Positions 14,049 to 30,424 of a DNA stretch of 64,000 nucleotides are shown here, one piece after another (the first letter of the stretch is position 1; each line of letters opens with the position of its first letter). The DNA is from Lama guanicoe (lineage: Eukaryota), in NCBI GenBank assembly GCA_013239625.1, contig MU054323.1:15938029-16002028 (forward strand), written 5' to 3'. Under the pieces are notes generated by a model. It saw nothing but the letters and a program-made list of their open reading frames with translations, did not search any database and was not told the origin of the DNA. The translations under genes were made by a program, and so were the position numbers.

Positions 14049-15218
14049 CTAAATAAAAATTTTAAAAGGACAGATTTGGAGCAGCTTTTGTGATGATGAA
14101 TAGATTTATAAAATTATATAAAGGAACCCACAGTTTTCAATTATTACAAAATATAAGGTCCTAAACACAGGTCAAACCAAAATTAGAACCAATTGCAACT
14201 ACAGAGAAAACTCATTAGAAAAGTCTAGAAGAGTGGACAGCAGTAATGGAGGGACGGAAGATATCTGTTAGGGAGAATTCTGAGAGCGAGAACTTGGAGG
14301 TCTATGACCCCACATGAATTCAGATGACTACAAAGAAAGCTGTTTCAGAGCAGAACCAAGTGAGGACATAATGGCCCAGTGAGAAGGAATACCTTTATTG
14401 GCTCTTCAGCAGTAGAGCTAAGACTAAAACAGCTCCTAAGATATGTGGAAACAAAACTGACACCTTGCCCTGCTGCCTTTATGGTTAAGTGTACATCTGT
14501 CTCCCACAGTTTGGAAAAAAAAATCACCCTCAGATAAAGTGAAAAGGACAGGGTCACTCAGTATAATTCTAGTTTCCAAAGAAAACAAAACTTGGGCCTT
14601 TCCTGTAAGCTGCTGACTCCTAAACTAAAATAACCTTATTTCATTACTTTTAAAAATGCTGATGTCTAAAAAAAAGTATCAACTTTTGCAGATTTGACAA
14701 TGATAGGAGAAAAGAGCTATTTGTCCATTATGAAAAGACTTACTGTAAACTCGGTAACCTTGGTAACTCTCAGTTTCTTTTTCCTCTAAATAGACACTAG
14801 ACTTTTTTACGTGGTGACCCAGTGCTTCTTCAGGTGGAAGACTGCATGACTGGGAATTAGGAGGCCTGGGTTCTGGCTTTCGTCTGACCACTATAATTTC
14901 CTTTCAGAGTCTCGGCTTCATTTTTATTACAAAATTAGTAAACTAGTATAGATCATTAACAAAGTTTATTTCTAAATCAAAAAGCCTACCAATTCACCCT
15001 TATATATTAAAATAAAAAAATTGAAGTAATGATTTTCCTTCACTTCATAAATATTTTAGTAAGAAAATAATATATTTTTTAAAGTAACTGACATTTATTG
15101 AGCATGAATCATTTTTCAGGCATATTTCTAAGCAATTTGCATGCGGTAACTGATTTAATTTTCACTCCTACCTCTAAGGTAAGCAAGAAAATAATATTCT
15201 GAAAGTGTAATCTTTTCA

Positions 15219-15443
<225 letters not shown>

Positions 15444-16519
15444 TCAAAGAAAAGAGCCCCAAACAAGCTTTTAATAATATCTATCATTTCACTCTATCTT
15501 TACCTCTAATACTAACATTTTAAAAATGTTTCTTATTAAGTAAAAAATATATAGCTAATTAAAGCATAATAAAATTCATTTTAAAAGTATCGATATTTTT
15601 AGGATGCAATATAGAATTAATCCACAAAAAGTCATTTAAAAGAAGCCACCCAAATATATTCAGGATGGTGAATTACATTCTATCAATGACAAAGTATATT
15701 TGGAACATATTTTATGAAGTCTTTTCTATAAATATATATGTATATAAACATATACACTCACTCCCAAACACATATGTATATTTACTACTCCACTTTAAGG
15801 GCAGCTGATATGGTTAATTTAATTTTATGGAATAGTATATTGAGAACTAGGAACCTATATTTACATTGCTAAGGAACTCTTTTAACATATCACTTAACAT
15901 ACTTAAACTTGCAGGAAAAAAGTTACCACTTTTTATTTCCTTTAGAAAATGAGGTCAAGGTATAATTTCCAAAAGGTGGATGCATCAAGCAGTGAGTAAC
16001 TTTGCAGTACACACACACATACTCTTTAGAGTAGAAACCAAACATGTGAAGTAAAAAGTGGAACGCCTCATCACATGATAACACATATCTCTGTTCCGTG
16101 TACAACGGTAAACTCTGCCTGCATCTCAGATTTATCATAGCACTTGGGAAAGTGAAGTGCGTAAGGAGAACCCCAAGAAAGCAGCCCCAACAATACCTTT
16201 TAAGTGTGACTCTATTACCCTACTAAAAACATCACTAGTCTTCACTTTGGGCATGGAATGTGCCCATATACGCTCATCTCTTTTAATTAACATTAAGCTA
16301 ATCAGTGAGATCATGGCTTTTCTGATGGTAAACGTGAAACTTGCTAACACCTTTCTCATTAAATGTACTTAAGCAGAAATTACCAAAAAGAAGAAATTAC
16401 CAAGTGATGAGAAAAACACCTTTACCATTTCACAACCTCACTCAATGTGAAAGTTAAATACTTTTAAATTAAATTTTCTTTACAGTCTACTGACAGTTAT
16501 AGAATTAGCCAAAATCCTA

Positions 16520-16717
<198 letters not shown>

Positions 16718-18297
16718 CTAGTATACTTTTTTTTAAAAAAAGAAGTTGTTCTTTTTTGTCATTGCTGTTAGCACGTTTTTAAAGAGGAAACATCAAGACC
16801 TAATCACTTCCCACTGCACTGCTGACTCCAAGGAGATCCAGAACAGCAAAGGGGTTAACAGTAAGTTCCAGAAGCCCTGGGTTTATATCCCAGTTCTGTC
16901 ATTTCCTAGCTTTCTGATTTAGGACAACTTAATCTCCCTGCCTCAGTCCCGTAATTGCCGAAATAGGAATAACAGGAGTGCCAACCTCACTCTTCTCAGG
17001 ATTAAATAAGTTAACACAGCAAAGCACTCAGAACAGTTCTGGTCCATGTAATCACTTAATAAATGCTATTATTAGTAGTACTGTTATCCTATATTTAAAG
17101 ATTTGCTGTACTCTTATTATATATCTGCCATTAAGCTAATCTAGGCTTATCTGCTATAAGCTAACCTAAGACTATGCCTATAGTCTTAGAGAGAGAGAAG
17201 ACACAAAAAATGGGAAGTAACAATCATCACATAATCAAATGATAAAATAATAGTACAGATGTAGTGATCAGCAAAGAGAAAGGCTCTTATAGACTGAGTA
17301 GCTTTGAAGAGATTTCATGAAAGAGATGGAACTTGAATTGAGCCTCTAAACAGACAGGTTTAGTACAAGTGAACAAGAAGACAGACAAACCTCTAATGTA
17401 CAGGATGAGCATGAGCAAAGGCATGGGGGCTGAACAAAAGCATGGGAAGAAAGCAAGATGACTAGTCTGACTAGAGCAATGGGAAATTAGAACGAAAGGT
17501 AAGAATGAAGGCAAATTATTAAGGTACCACTTTAGCAGACAAAAGTGATTATATTTTATTCTCTGATGGCTGGGTAGTTCCTAAAGGTCTCAGAGGAAAT
17601 ATAAAATATGAAAGTCGTGCGGAAGAGATGGGAGAAAAAGACTCCTAAAAGAATAATCAGCGAGGAGGCAACTGTATGGCAAATGGAGATGGAAGCCTAG
17701 ATTTGAGTAGTAGCTATGGAACTCACAGGAATGCATGGACATGGGCCGAATAACCCAGAAAAAATACGAATTAAAAAATCTAACCCGAATGTAAAGTTGT
17801 AAATAATATTTACATAAACACTTAATATTCCTAAGAAGAAAACCATGAGAGCAGTGTAAGGTATAGTAGAGAAAAAAGGGAAAAAAGGAAACTGATTCAT
17901 GAAAACCATTCAACTTAATAATTAAGTATTATCAAAATGCTAACTATGGCAATAGCACACTTTCTCAACATTTTGAATTATAGCAATGTGATTTTTAATT
18001 TCTAAAACCCCAAAGAAAAGCTCTGATTTCTAAAGAGTTACTATAAGGCATTTTTGGTCTCTAAAATAAATCATAAAATTATATTGTACCCAGACAAAAC
18101 CTATTATCCCTCTATCAAAATTAAAAATCAAATTTCAATTGGGTTCTGCCAACTCCACATTAGCAGAATACTGTATCATTTATTATCATAGTAAAATTGT
18201 TGCTGTACGATCACCCATTTCAACATCAAACACAGAAGATGTTCCAGTGAAGACTGAAGCCCACGTGACGGCGCTTACAATCCTAAGATCTCCATCA

Positions 18298-18600
<303 letters not shown>

Positions 18601-19034
18601 TCATGAATTAAAAGACTATGTATAACACAATAATTAAAATCATAATCATTATGGTTTTACACACACACTTTCAGAAATTTGTCCCCCAAAAATATATTAA
18701 CTCACAAACAGGAAAGTACTTTAAAGGAACATTTTCTACAAAGAACACAGTACACTTACATCCAGTAAACCATAAATGTTGATATAAAGTATTCAATAAA
18801 TTTTAGCCAATTATTAGGAAAAAAAAAACCTACCATGACTGTTCTTGATTTGTCTCCCAAAACTTTATTTCAATATTTAATTCAAGATTCACTATCACAA
18901 TGAATCCTAAATAAAACCCAAATTTTAACACATGATCTAAACTAATTACAAAGATGAGCAACCAATCAGGAGTTAAATATCAATCACACCTATGACTTTA
19001 AAAATAGCGAAAAATATTTCCATGAGTATCATAC

Positions 19035-19190
19035 CTATAGATGCTTCCTGAATAAGAGGGGATGCCGTGGCATTCAGGCTCTGCACCAGGCTCCCGAGCT
19101 CCTGCAGGGCACAGACCATCACATGCTGGCTTGCTGCGATGTCTGCTGCTCCAGATTTGTTTTCACCACTAGTGTCATTCACTACCGCTT
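19035..19190 (-). CDS. HEATR5B: HEATR5B exon 9
   Basis: ttccag|AA...G|gtatga; 156 nt; [51 protein letters not shown]. Confidence 0.95.
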
Positions 19191-19310
19191 CTGGAAACAC
19201 AAAATCATGTATTTGATGTAGGAGAATTAAATGATGATATAATTGTTTTGATCTACACAATTCATGTTTTTAAATTATACCAGCGAATGCCTATTAAGAA
19301 CTCTATATGC

Positions 19311-20370
19311 ATGCTAAATATCTCTAATAATCAGGGATACAAATCAAAACCATAATGAGGTATCACCTCACATCTGTCAGAATGGCTATTATCAACGGGA
19401 CTAGAAATAATAAGTGTTGGTGAGGCTGTGGAGAAAAGGCAGCCCTTGCACACTGTTGGTGGGAATGTATACTGGTGTAGCCACTGTGGAAAACAGTATG
19501 GAGTTTCCTCAGAAAACTAAAATGAGAACTACCATATGATCTAGCAATTCTACTCAGGGTATTTATCCAAAGAAAATGAAAACACTAATTAGAAAAGATA
19601 TATGCACCCCCATGTTCCTTGCAGCACTACAATTGGCCCTCCACACATGCAGGTTCCAATATAAAGGGCAGACACACACCATTTTATATAAGGACTTGAG
19701 CATCTTCGGATTTTGGTAGCTGTAGAGGGGTCTTGGAAATAATCTCCCATGGCCAAGAGACATGTATTTACAGTAGCCAAGATATGGAAACAACCTCGTT
19801 TCCATTAGAAGATGAATGAATAAAGATGATATAGTATATGTACATAATGGAGTATTAACTCAGCCATAAGAAAGAATGAAATCTTGCCATTTGAAACAAC
19901 ATAGAGGGAACTTTAGGGTGTTATACTAAGTAAAATTAAGTGAGACAAAGACAAATACCATTTATATGCAGAATCTAAAAAACAAAACAAATGAACAAAC
20001 AAAAAAATCAAAACTTATAGCTGCAGTGAACAAACTGGTGGTTGCTAGAGGAGAGGGGGTTGGAGGGTGGGCCAAATGAGTGAGGGGGATCAAAAAGTAA
20101 ACCTTTCAGTTATAAATTAAATAAGTCACGGGGATGTAATGTACAGCATGGTGATTGTAGTCAGTAATATTGTATTGGAATTTTGAAAATTCCTAAGAAA
20201 GTAAATCTTAAAAGTTCTAACCACCAGAAAAAAATTTCGTGTAACTTCGTATAGTAATAGACGGTATCTCTTGGTGATCATTTTGCAACATTTAAAAATG
20301 TCAAATCATTTATGCTGTCCAAACTAATATAATGTTTATGTCAATTACACTTCAATTAAAAATAATAATA
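19311..20370 (+). mobile_element. 5'-truncated L1 (ORF2 end plus 3' UTR)
   Basis: caaatcaaaaccataatgaggtatcacctcaca...gcacactgttggtgggaatgta...gtcaattacacttcaattaaaa A-tail. Confidence 0.9.
19630..19764. mobile_element. TcMar-Tigger (MER2/Tigger3-like) element nested in L1
   Basis: ggacttgagcatcttcggattttggta motif; TA duplication at 19628-19629 and 19765-19766 splits the L1 phrase gcagcacTAtttacagtagcc. Confidence 0.75.
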
Positions 20371-22376
20371 AAAGCATAGTGTCTGCACAGTGACAAAAAC
20401 AAAAAGAACTTTGTATATAGTTATTTCTTAGCAGAAAATTTGTACAAATAAACACTGAAGTGAGTTAAAAACACTGTTAATGACTTCATGGCATGTTAAA
20501 TATATACTGAGGTATTTGGTCTGCTTCTAGGAACACCAGCTAATTTTAGTAATCAATAGAAATCATTTGTTACACAGTAACAAAAGCATAGTCTCTGGAG
20601 AAAGAAGAAGTGGATTCAAATCCCCGGTCTACCAGTTACGTTAGTGATGTGACATCTGGCAAAATACTCAATTTGTATAGGCTCCTCCCCTGCCTATCTC
20701 TAAGGTCATTGTGATGATCAAAAAGTCAATTCATATAAAGAATTTAGCACAATGCTGCCCCCAATAAACATTCAGTAAATGTTAGCGGCTAATGTTATTA
20801 ATTTATTATTTTATCACTGATATTTCAAGAGCTGCAATGTATTAGTAGCATGACTGTCAAATTATTGACAAGGAAGTAGATCTTTAAGAAAAGTGACTTA
20901 AGAATTTCTTACTGGGACGTTCCTCGAAGTTTCAATTAACTTAGCTGGCCCCTTCTGACACCTTTTAGTTTCCAATAGAACTGAAACATGTTTAATCATG
21001 GGACAACTAAAGATTCCTTGTAAAATTCCTGAGAATATATTCTGGCTCATATAGTCCAGATACTAGCATTGTGTTTAATTCTGTTTCAACCATTTTAAAA
21101 ATCAAATGGTTAATCTATGACCTTAAGATTAATAACCCTTAAATGACAGCAAAATTTTCTTATCTTTTTTACATTCATTATCAATTAACAGGCTATAAAA
21201 TATAGAATAATAGAATATAATAAATTAATATATTATGGATTAAAATTAAATACCTCTTTTCTTCTTAGATATTTCTGGAGTTGGAAATACATGAACTCTC
21301 TTTCAGTGACTAAACTAAAAGCTCCCTAAACAGATGCCAGCTATACGTCCCTTGCTATTTTACTACCATTTGGCACAGTGCTTTTGACACTCAAACATTT
21401 CTTCAATGAATCAATGTCCAAATATTTTTCAAGTTGTGAACCTAGGACAGACTACTATTTTAACATTATATAAAGAACAGTATCTCATTAATTTAAATAC
21501 CCTTTAATTCACAATTCCTAACTCTCAGTCAGTCCTATGCATTTAAAATATGGTTTGCCTAGGAAGCTATTATAAACAACAAAAACTATAAACTATTTAT
21601 GGATTTATTTTTATTAATTTTATAAAGTATTTAATATATATTCTCTAAATACAAAGTACTAGATATTATCTGTTCACTAAATTCTTATTTCTAAAACCCT
21701 CTGTTAGGTAATATGATTTTCCTGATTAAAGCTAATGTATATTCCCAACAGTGATAAACCTAAACTATCTCAGAGAATTTATACTAAACTCCGCATTTTT
21801 TCCCTAATTGTATTATAAGCTCTGTTAAGGTAGGAATTTTATCTTACTCACTGTTCAAATCTTGAATTAATGCTTTTCAGTCTCAGATGCTCAATAACTA
21901 TTTGTTAAACTGAAAAATTTATAAAGTTCACACTTCCTAGAAAAGGATTCCTTTTAATTATGAATTACTGAGATTTCACAGTATATCCTACGGTGGGCTA
22001 AAAACCACCTGTAACTGTTCCTCTCTAAGTCTTCATATAAAGCCTATCAAGGGAGGGGAAAACGCAACAGGCTCCAAGAAGGAAAATCAGAACAGGTTGT
22101 TTCTCGAAGACAGCAAATCAATGTGCTGTGAATACCAGGAGAGCTGTAAAATCAGTAAAGGTGCTAGAAATAAAACAGGATACCTAATCTTACAAAGGCA
22201 CTACCCAAATCTTGAAAAACTCTACTTCACTGTAATTGTATGTTGCTTTCATAGCAAATAGGAGTGCACAATAAAAATGACTATTAAAACATAACCCAGA
22301 AAGACTTAGAATTTATTAAGACTAACAATAAAGAACTAAATGACTGAAGTAATCAACAACACACATCATGACATCA

Positions 22377-22658
<282 letters not shown>

Positions 22659-23531
22659 TCAGATAAATAGAAATGAACTGAAATTACAGATAAAGCAACT
22701 GTGGAAATAACTGGGGAAAGCATGCAAAATAAGTTACATTTGAGATTAAAACTGAAAAAATATTAAACTTGAGACCTTTTTAATAACTCTAGATAGCAAG
22801 GGAATTACTAGTTGAAGCATCTTTGACTAAAAACAGTTCTTAAGAAAACAGGTTCATGAGGAACACAGAGAATGGCTCACCTGAATTCATCCTGATGATG
22901 AAGGTGATAGGTTGTAGGAATAGGAAAACCCTAACACCCTCAATAAATGTTGACCTAGAGCTACAAAACATTTGCTTATGACTGAGATAAAAACGGTTTA
23001 CTTCTGTTTTACACTTATTTGTGGAATAAGGTATAACTGGATGATTTTGACTAAGATCACAGAAAGCCATTTTCATCTTACTAGGTGTTAATTATTATCT
23101 TGAAATTATAATTCAAGTTAGGCTTAATTTCATAATTAAATTGGTGATTAATTAATGATGATAAATCCAAAGTACTAACCAACATTTTTAGCTATAGGGT
23201 TGTTGGAAAACATTAAAATCTAAATTCCTCAAGCTACTTGAGTACAATTTCAATTAAAACTGAATTATTTTACAACTGATTCTTTGCCAAGTAAAACTAG
23301 AGAAAATTTTGTTAGAGATAGATAGACATAGCACACAAAGACTTATTTACACATCATTAAATGTCTACCTTTCCAAATAAACATGTAATGTAGAATTTGA
23401 ATGTAATTCATTTATTTTGTAAAAGAAACGTTTTGAAAAAAACTAGACAACGTTACTAATGCCTGTGTGTTCTGTTACTTAGTAAGAGTCTCCCATGAAA
23501 TTTAATAAGCGATATGAACAGAATTATTTTA

Positions 23532-23798
<267 letters not shown>

Positions 23799-24879
23799 TT
23801 ATTTTTAAGGATAATTAAACTACTACAAAGGAGATAGGAACATTTATTTTCTTATAATCCTAAAATTTACAATGCACTTGTAAAAATTAAATTCAACTTG
23901 AAGAAAAAATGATAAGAAAAATGAGAGCTAGAAATTAAAAGCAGTTTAATAAATTTATGCAAAAATAGTCTAATAATAATGCTAACCTTGACAAGTGTAA
24001 CACAACAAGGACAAAGGATACCTACAGCAGATACTGCTGACTGACTGCACCCCTCACTCCCAACTGAGATGGACACAACGAAATTTTGTCCAGACCATGA
24101 TTTCTATATAAGTTACTGGTAGAGTGAAATGTCACTGGATTGCAACCAACTTGCTATCTGTGGCAGAGAGCCTCATATTTTATTCATATTTTGTAAAGTC
24201 CTCTCACATATAGTAGCAAACATAATCCTCATAAAAATTCTGCAGGAGAGGCATAAAGCTCATGATTAAGTATATAGGCTTTGGAATTTGAATGTCTGGA
24301 TTTTAATTTTACTTAATAGAACACTTATTACACCTCAAATGATACAATCTCTCTAAGCCTCAATTTCTTTGTTTATAAAATAGGAACAACAAAAGTGCTT
24401 AGGATTCATAGGGCTTTTGAAAAGATTAAATAAAACAATCCTGCTATATGCTTAATTTGGTACCTGGCATATAGTTAGCACTTAATAAATTTTAGCTATC
24501 ATCATCCTCCTCTAGTACATAGATTAAAATAAGTACCATTAAAATTGAAGAGACCAAAGCTCAAAGGGTTTCACAGCAAATAAACGTAAGAGCTAGGACT
24601 TGAATCTGTAAGATGTGATTCTCTTTCTACAACACAGAGATGAAGCAGGGGTGGGGACAACAGCAGAGCTGGGTTCAGTCAGCATCTATTCACAACTGTC
24701 CCTGAAGCATCTCTATGGAACTGAGGCACAGCAGAGGTCATAGGAAAAATCAATGCTGTCTGTGATTCTGCTTACGATAATGGTCAAGAAAAAGTGAAAA
24801 ATAATACTATGCTATAAATGGGGACCTACTCATCAGGGATTGAAAGAAAGCACATAAAGTGCCAGATACCTGTCCTTTG

Positions 24880-25017
24880 CTATTTTTTAAAAATTATTAT
24901 TACTATTTTGGGAGGTTTTTTTTAAATGTATTTATTTTTAGAGGAAGTACTGGAAATTGAACCCAGGACCTTATGCATACTAAGCATGCACTCTGCCACT
25001 TGAGCTATACCCTCCCT
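24880..25017 (-). mobile_element. tRNA-Ala-derived SINE (Vic-1-like)
   Basis: tRNA-like head; perfect 17-bp TSD cagatacctgtcctttg at 24863-24879 and 25018-25034. Confidence 0.9.
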
Positions 25018-25310
25018 CAGATACCTGTCCTTTGAACATTATACAAAACCATTTCATAACTCTTACTTGCTTATATGTCCAACATACTTGCTACGTGTAA
25101 TCTTGTATCATCATAAAAAATGTCTTGACAATATCAAGGAAAATTCCATTTGGGTACCTCTATTTTATGAAAAAGTAGACAGAAATACCTAACAATTTAA
25201 ATCCTTTAAAATAGACTTGCCTAGGAGTAAGAATTCTTTTAGAAGGAAGCATTCCATATATCTTCAAATACCTGTTACAGTCTATACGAGGGGTTGGCAA
25301 ACAATGATAC

Positions 25311-25482
25311 CTGTTGCTTGTTTTGGCATCAGTGCTGTAGCCATGACTGTTCCTAAGAGTTTAGACACTGCCACTCGTACCCCATAGTTTGAATTTTCCA
25401 AAGCCTTAAAGCAGAGAGTGGCTATATTTTCCAGTTCAGCAGTCCACATGAACACAGCTTCATTCTGTAGTTCTAGGAGACA
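25311..25482 (-). CDS. HEATR5B: HEATR5B exon 6
   Basis: ttctag|TGT...G|gtatca; 172 nt; [57 protein letters not shown]. Confidence 0.95.
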
Positions 25483-25519
25483 CTAGAATTAAAAAAAAAA
25501 AAGTAAATTAAAACTTAGA

Positions 25520-28500
25520 ACTTCCACTTCCAGAGATGGAGTAGCAAGAACAGGTTTACTCTCTCTCTCTTGAAATAACAAAAAAAATTGGACATAATAT
25601 ATGAAACAACAGTTTTGAAGACACTGGACATCAAGCAATGAAAGACACTAATCCTTAAGAGATGGAAAACACAAGTTGAACACTACAAGTGTCCCAGCTT
25701 ACTGCCGTGAGAGAGTTTCCAGCAGCTAGGAGGAAACGTATAACCCTAAAATTCTGTATAACAAAGAAGAAAGGTCTCAGATCAATAACCTCAGCCTCTA
25801 CCTTAAGAAACTAGGTGATGTAGAGTAAATTCAACACAAAATAAGCAAGAAAAAAAGGAAATAATATAGATAAGAGAGGAAATCAATGAACCAGAAAGCT
25901 GAAAAACAGAATGAAACCAAAAGCTGCTTCTTTAAGACAACCAATACATTTGATAAATCTCTAGCCCGACAGATGAGGAACAAGAGAGGAAAGACACAAA
26001 TGACCAAGATTAGGAATGAAAGAAGTCACATCACTGCAGATTCAATATATATTAAAAGCACAATATATTTGACAGCTTAGATGAAACAGACAACTTACTC
26101 CAGAAGAGATAACCTAAATAGCCCAATATCTATTTTAAAAATTGAATCTGTAGCTTAAAAATCTTCCCCCAAAGAAAACTGGAGACCCAGAGAGTTGTAC
26201 TGAGGAATTCAACCAAATGTTTAAGTAAGAAATACCAATTCTATACAAACTCTTCCAGAAAACTGAAGAGAAGGGTATACTTCCCAATACATTCTATGAG
26301 GCCAGTATTACCCTGATATTGAAATCTGACAAAGATACTACAAGACAACTACATATCAATATCCCTCATGAACACAGATGCAAAAATTGTATACAACCCT
26401 TTAGCACTCTAATTAAACAATACATAAAAAGGATAATATATCATGACCAAGTAGGGTTTATCCTAGGAATGAAAACTGGTTAAAATTGTAAACCTATTCA
26501 ATGTAATTCATTACACTAGCAAGTGAAAAAGAAGAGTCATATGATTCATCTTAATAGATGCCAAAAAAACATTTAACAGAATACAAGTAAAACTGGGGAG
26601 CTCAACAAGATCAGTGGGTTGTGTCAATGTCAACACTGTATTACACTGCTTGTGATATTGTACTACCCTTTTGGAGGATATCACCATTGGAGGAACTGGG
26701 TAAAGTTTATAAAGATTGCTCTATATTATTTCTTTTAATAGCATATAAATTTACAATTATTTTAAACAGTTTAATTAGAAACAACAACAAAAACAAGAAA
26801 TAAAAATTAAAACAAAATGCATTTGACAAAATCCAACATACATTCCTGACAAAAACTTCTTTTTTTTTTCTTTTACTGAAGTACAGTCAATTATAATGTG
26901 TCAGTCTTTGGTATACAGTACATGTATATATATACTTATATTCATTTTCATATTTTTTCCATTAAAGGTTATTACAAGATATTGAGCATAGTACCCGGTG
27001 CTATACAAAAGAAACTTTTAAATCTATTTTTATATACAGCAGCTAACATTTGTAAATCTCAAACTCCCAAATTTATCCCCTCCTACCCCCTTTCCCCAGT
27101 AATCATAAGATTGTTTACTAATCTGCAAGTCTATCTCTGTTTTGTAGATGAGTTCATACTGTCCTTTTTTTTTTTTTTAGATTTCACATATGAGTGATAT
27201 CATAGGGTATTTTTCTTTCTCTTTCTGGCTTACTTCACTTAAAATGACGATCTCTAGGTCCACCTATTTTGCTGCAAATGGCATTATTTTATTCTTTTTT
27301 ATGGCAGAGTAGTATTTCATTGCATAAATATATTACAACTTCTTTATCCAGTTATCCATCAATGGACATTTAGGTTGGTTCCATGTCTTCACTATTGTAT
27401 ATAGTGCTGCTATGAACACTGGGGTGCATGTATCTTTTCGCATTAGAGTTCCCTCTGGATACATAAACAGAAGTGGGATTGTTGGATCATATGGTAAATC
27501 TATTTTTAGTTTTTTGAGGAATCTCCATACTGTTTTCTGTAATGGCTGCCCTGATTAAAAACTTCTTAGAAAGCTAGGAATATAACAGCAGGTCCTCAAA
27601 CTGATAAACGTCATCAAGGAAAACTGACAGTTAACATTGTACTTAACAGTGACGGACTGAATGTTTTCACCTTAAGGAATTGGAATAAGACAAGAATGTC
27701 TGCTCTCATGTTTTCTATTCAACACTGTACGGAAGGATTTAGTCAGACAGTAAATAAGGAAACAAAAATAAATAAAAGGCATCCAGATAGGAAAAGAAGT
27801 AAAATTGTCTTTATTCATAGACAACATGATTGTCTACATACAATATCTGATAGAATCTATTTAAAAAGCTGATAGAACTAGTAAATCAGTTTAGGAAGGT
27901 TTGTGGATATAAAATCAAGGTACAAAAGTCTGTATGTTAGTAATGAGCAATTAGAAATTGAAAAAAATTTAAATCAATACTATTTAAAATATAAAAAATA
28001 TGAACTACCTAGGGATAAATCTGACAAAAGATGTGCAAGATCTGTACATTTGAAAACCACAGTACGTTGCTAACAGTAATCAAAGAAGACCTAAATTAAC
28101 AAGAGACAGATATGTCATATTTATGAGTTGGAAGACTTAATATTGTTAAGCTGTCAGCTCTTCCCAAATTGATCTATAGAGTCAATGCAAGCTGAATTAA
28201 AATCCCAACATGTTATTTTTGTAGAAATTCATATGGAAATGCAAAGGACCAGAATGGCTAAAATTATTTTGAAAAAGAAAAAGTTAGAGGGCTAACATTA
28301 CCTGATTTTAAGCTACTGTAAAGGTATAGTAATCAAGAAAGTGTTATTGACACCAAGACAAACAAATAGATCAATGAAACAGAATAAAGATTCCAAAAAT
28401 AGTCCCACATGTATGTGGACAACTGATTTTCATAAAGGTGCAAAGGCAATTTAGTGAAGAAAACAGTCTTTTCAACATGGTACTAGAACAAATGAATATC

Positions 28501-29420
28501 CATGTACAAAAAATAACAACAACAAAAAAACCTTTGATTCATATCATGTACTATATATAAAAATTAACTCAAAATGGATCATAGCCAAGTGTAAAACTAA
28601 AAACTACTGTAAAAGGAAACATAGGTGAAACCTTGGGCTAGGGAAAGTTTTCTCAGATACAGTATCAAAGGTACAATTAATATAAGAAAAATTGATAAAT
28701 TGGACTTTGACAAAATTCAAAATGTCTCTTCTTAGAAAGGCAATACTTAGAAAATGAAAAAAACAGACTAGAGTGGGAGAAAATATTTGCAAATCACATA
28801 TCTGACAAAGAAATATATAAAAGTTTCTATAAAGCATTCTTATAACTCAATGATAAGAAAGCAAGTAACTCAATAAAACAATGCACAAAAGTTCTGAACA
28901 GACTCTTTACCAAAGAAGATATGGATGGTTAATAAGCACCTAATAATATGATCCTCATTAGTCTGAAAATACAGATTAGAGATACCTGTACATACCTACA
29001 AGAATGGCTAAAATTAAAAAGACTGGCAATACCAAATGTTGGTGAGGATATGGAAGTCTCATAGTACTTTAGAAAATAGTGGCAATTTTTCCAAAAATTA
29101 AATGTAAATCTAGCAATATGATCCAGTCATTTCACTCCTAGGTATTTACCTAAGTGAAATGAAAGGATGTGTCCATACAAAAACTTGTACACAGATGTTC
29201 ATAGCAGCTTTATTTTTAACAGCCACAACTGGAAGTAACCCAAATGTCCATAACAGATGAAGGAATACACCAATTGCGGTATATCCATATAGCAATAAAA
29301 AGGAATGAGCTATTGATACACGGAACAAGATAGACAAATCTCAATTATGCCAAGTAAAAGAAGGCAGACAACGCCTCCCACCCCCAAAAAAACTCACATA
29401 CCACATGATTCCATTTATAT
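25520..29420 (+). mobile_element. Fragmented old L1 (ORF2 remnants) filling HEATR5B intron 5
   Basis: ORF2-like phrases (ttctatgaggccagtattaccctgata; aatatccctcatgaacacagatgcaaaaat; ORF 25886-26080 ETKSCFFKTTNTFDKSLAR) with many stops and frameshifts. Confidence 0.88.
26861..27549 (-). mobile_element. Younger antisense L1 3' fragment nested in the older L1
   Basis: T-tail at 26861, well-preserved L1 3' sequence; TSD cctga(c/tt)aaaaacttctt at 26845 and 27550. Confidence 0.85.
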
Positions 29421-29455
29421 AAACTTTAAAAGAAAAAATAATCATTGACTGTTTA

Positions 29456-29653
<198 letters not shown>

Positions 29654-30424
29654 CTAGATAGGAACATAAAACAAATCCCACATTTAAATAAAAACATACC
29701 AAAACACGAAAGTTCTCTGGGCCTAATGGTCTTATCTCTAAACGTAAATGGTTAAGTAATGAAAAATAAAAATGTATTCTAGAAAGGTCTTGAAAGGTAA
29801 AAATAATTATTAACTTCAACTAAATAAATTTTGAGAAATTAGGTTAAAATCAATATATTCCAGTGTTTCCATGACTTGCTAAAGTGCAAATAATAAGAAC
29901 ATGAAAAATTCAAAAGTTTCAATATCATACCTCAAGGATCCAAACTTTTAGAATGTGAAAAGTTAAGTAAAAAGTATTTAAGAAGTAATATAAACCATCT
30001 GAAAGAGGAAGAAAACATCCAACACATTTTTAAAACTTATCACAGAGATATGCCAAACTATCAATTCCCTGTGACTGATGCAAATTCTTGTTTTCATACT
30101 CTTGTAGTCCTCAATTCTATTCCTAATAGTATACTCATTCAAACACAGATCTCTCCCACTATACTGTAAGATTTTTGAGGTCAGGGAATGTATCTTTATA
30201 TGCTTAATGCCTGAGAATATGCCCATAATTACTGTTTAATAAATGAACAAAGAGTTCCCAGAAGAGGTGTTGTCCAAGAAATCTCTAGCTTTCAAAGACA
30301 AAGAATTAGACCATGAGAGTCCAGTGCTTGGTCTATTTTTAGTAAACCCCAAGTGGACAAAGAATTTTCAGAAGTAATACCAAATTGACATGACAAAACA
30401 GAGCTATTTTTAATTCATATTAGC

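Noticed and set aside
14772..14784. ISRE-consensus match AGTTTCTTTTTCC
   Set aside because: Low-complexity pyrimidine run in a HEATR5B intron far from any promoter; plausible by chance.
15923..16372. Three adjacent ~70-aa ORFs in HEATR5B intron 11
   Set aside because: No recognisable homology, retrocopy hallmarks or splice-consistent frame.
22881..22891. Possible 11-nt microexon (catcag|GATGAATTCAG|gtgagc) in HEATR5B intron 7
   Set aside because: Not needed for frame continuity and not a multiple of 3; splice-like motifs are frequent in introns and there is no supporting evidence.
25886..26080. 64-aa ORF resembling a protein
   Set aside because: Decayed L1 ORF2 fragment, not a host gene.
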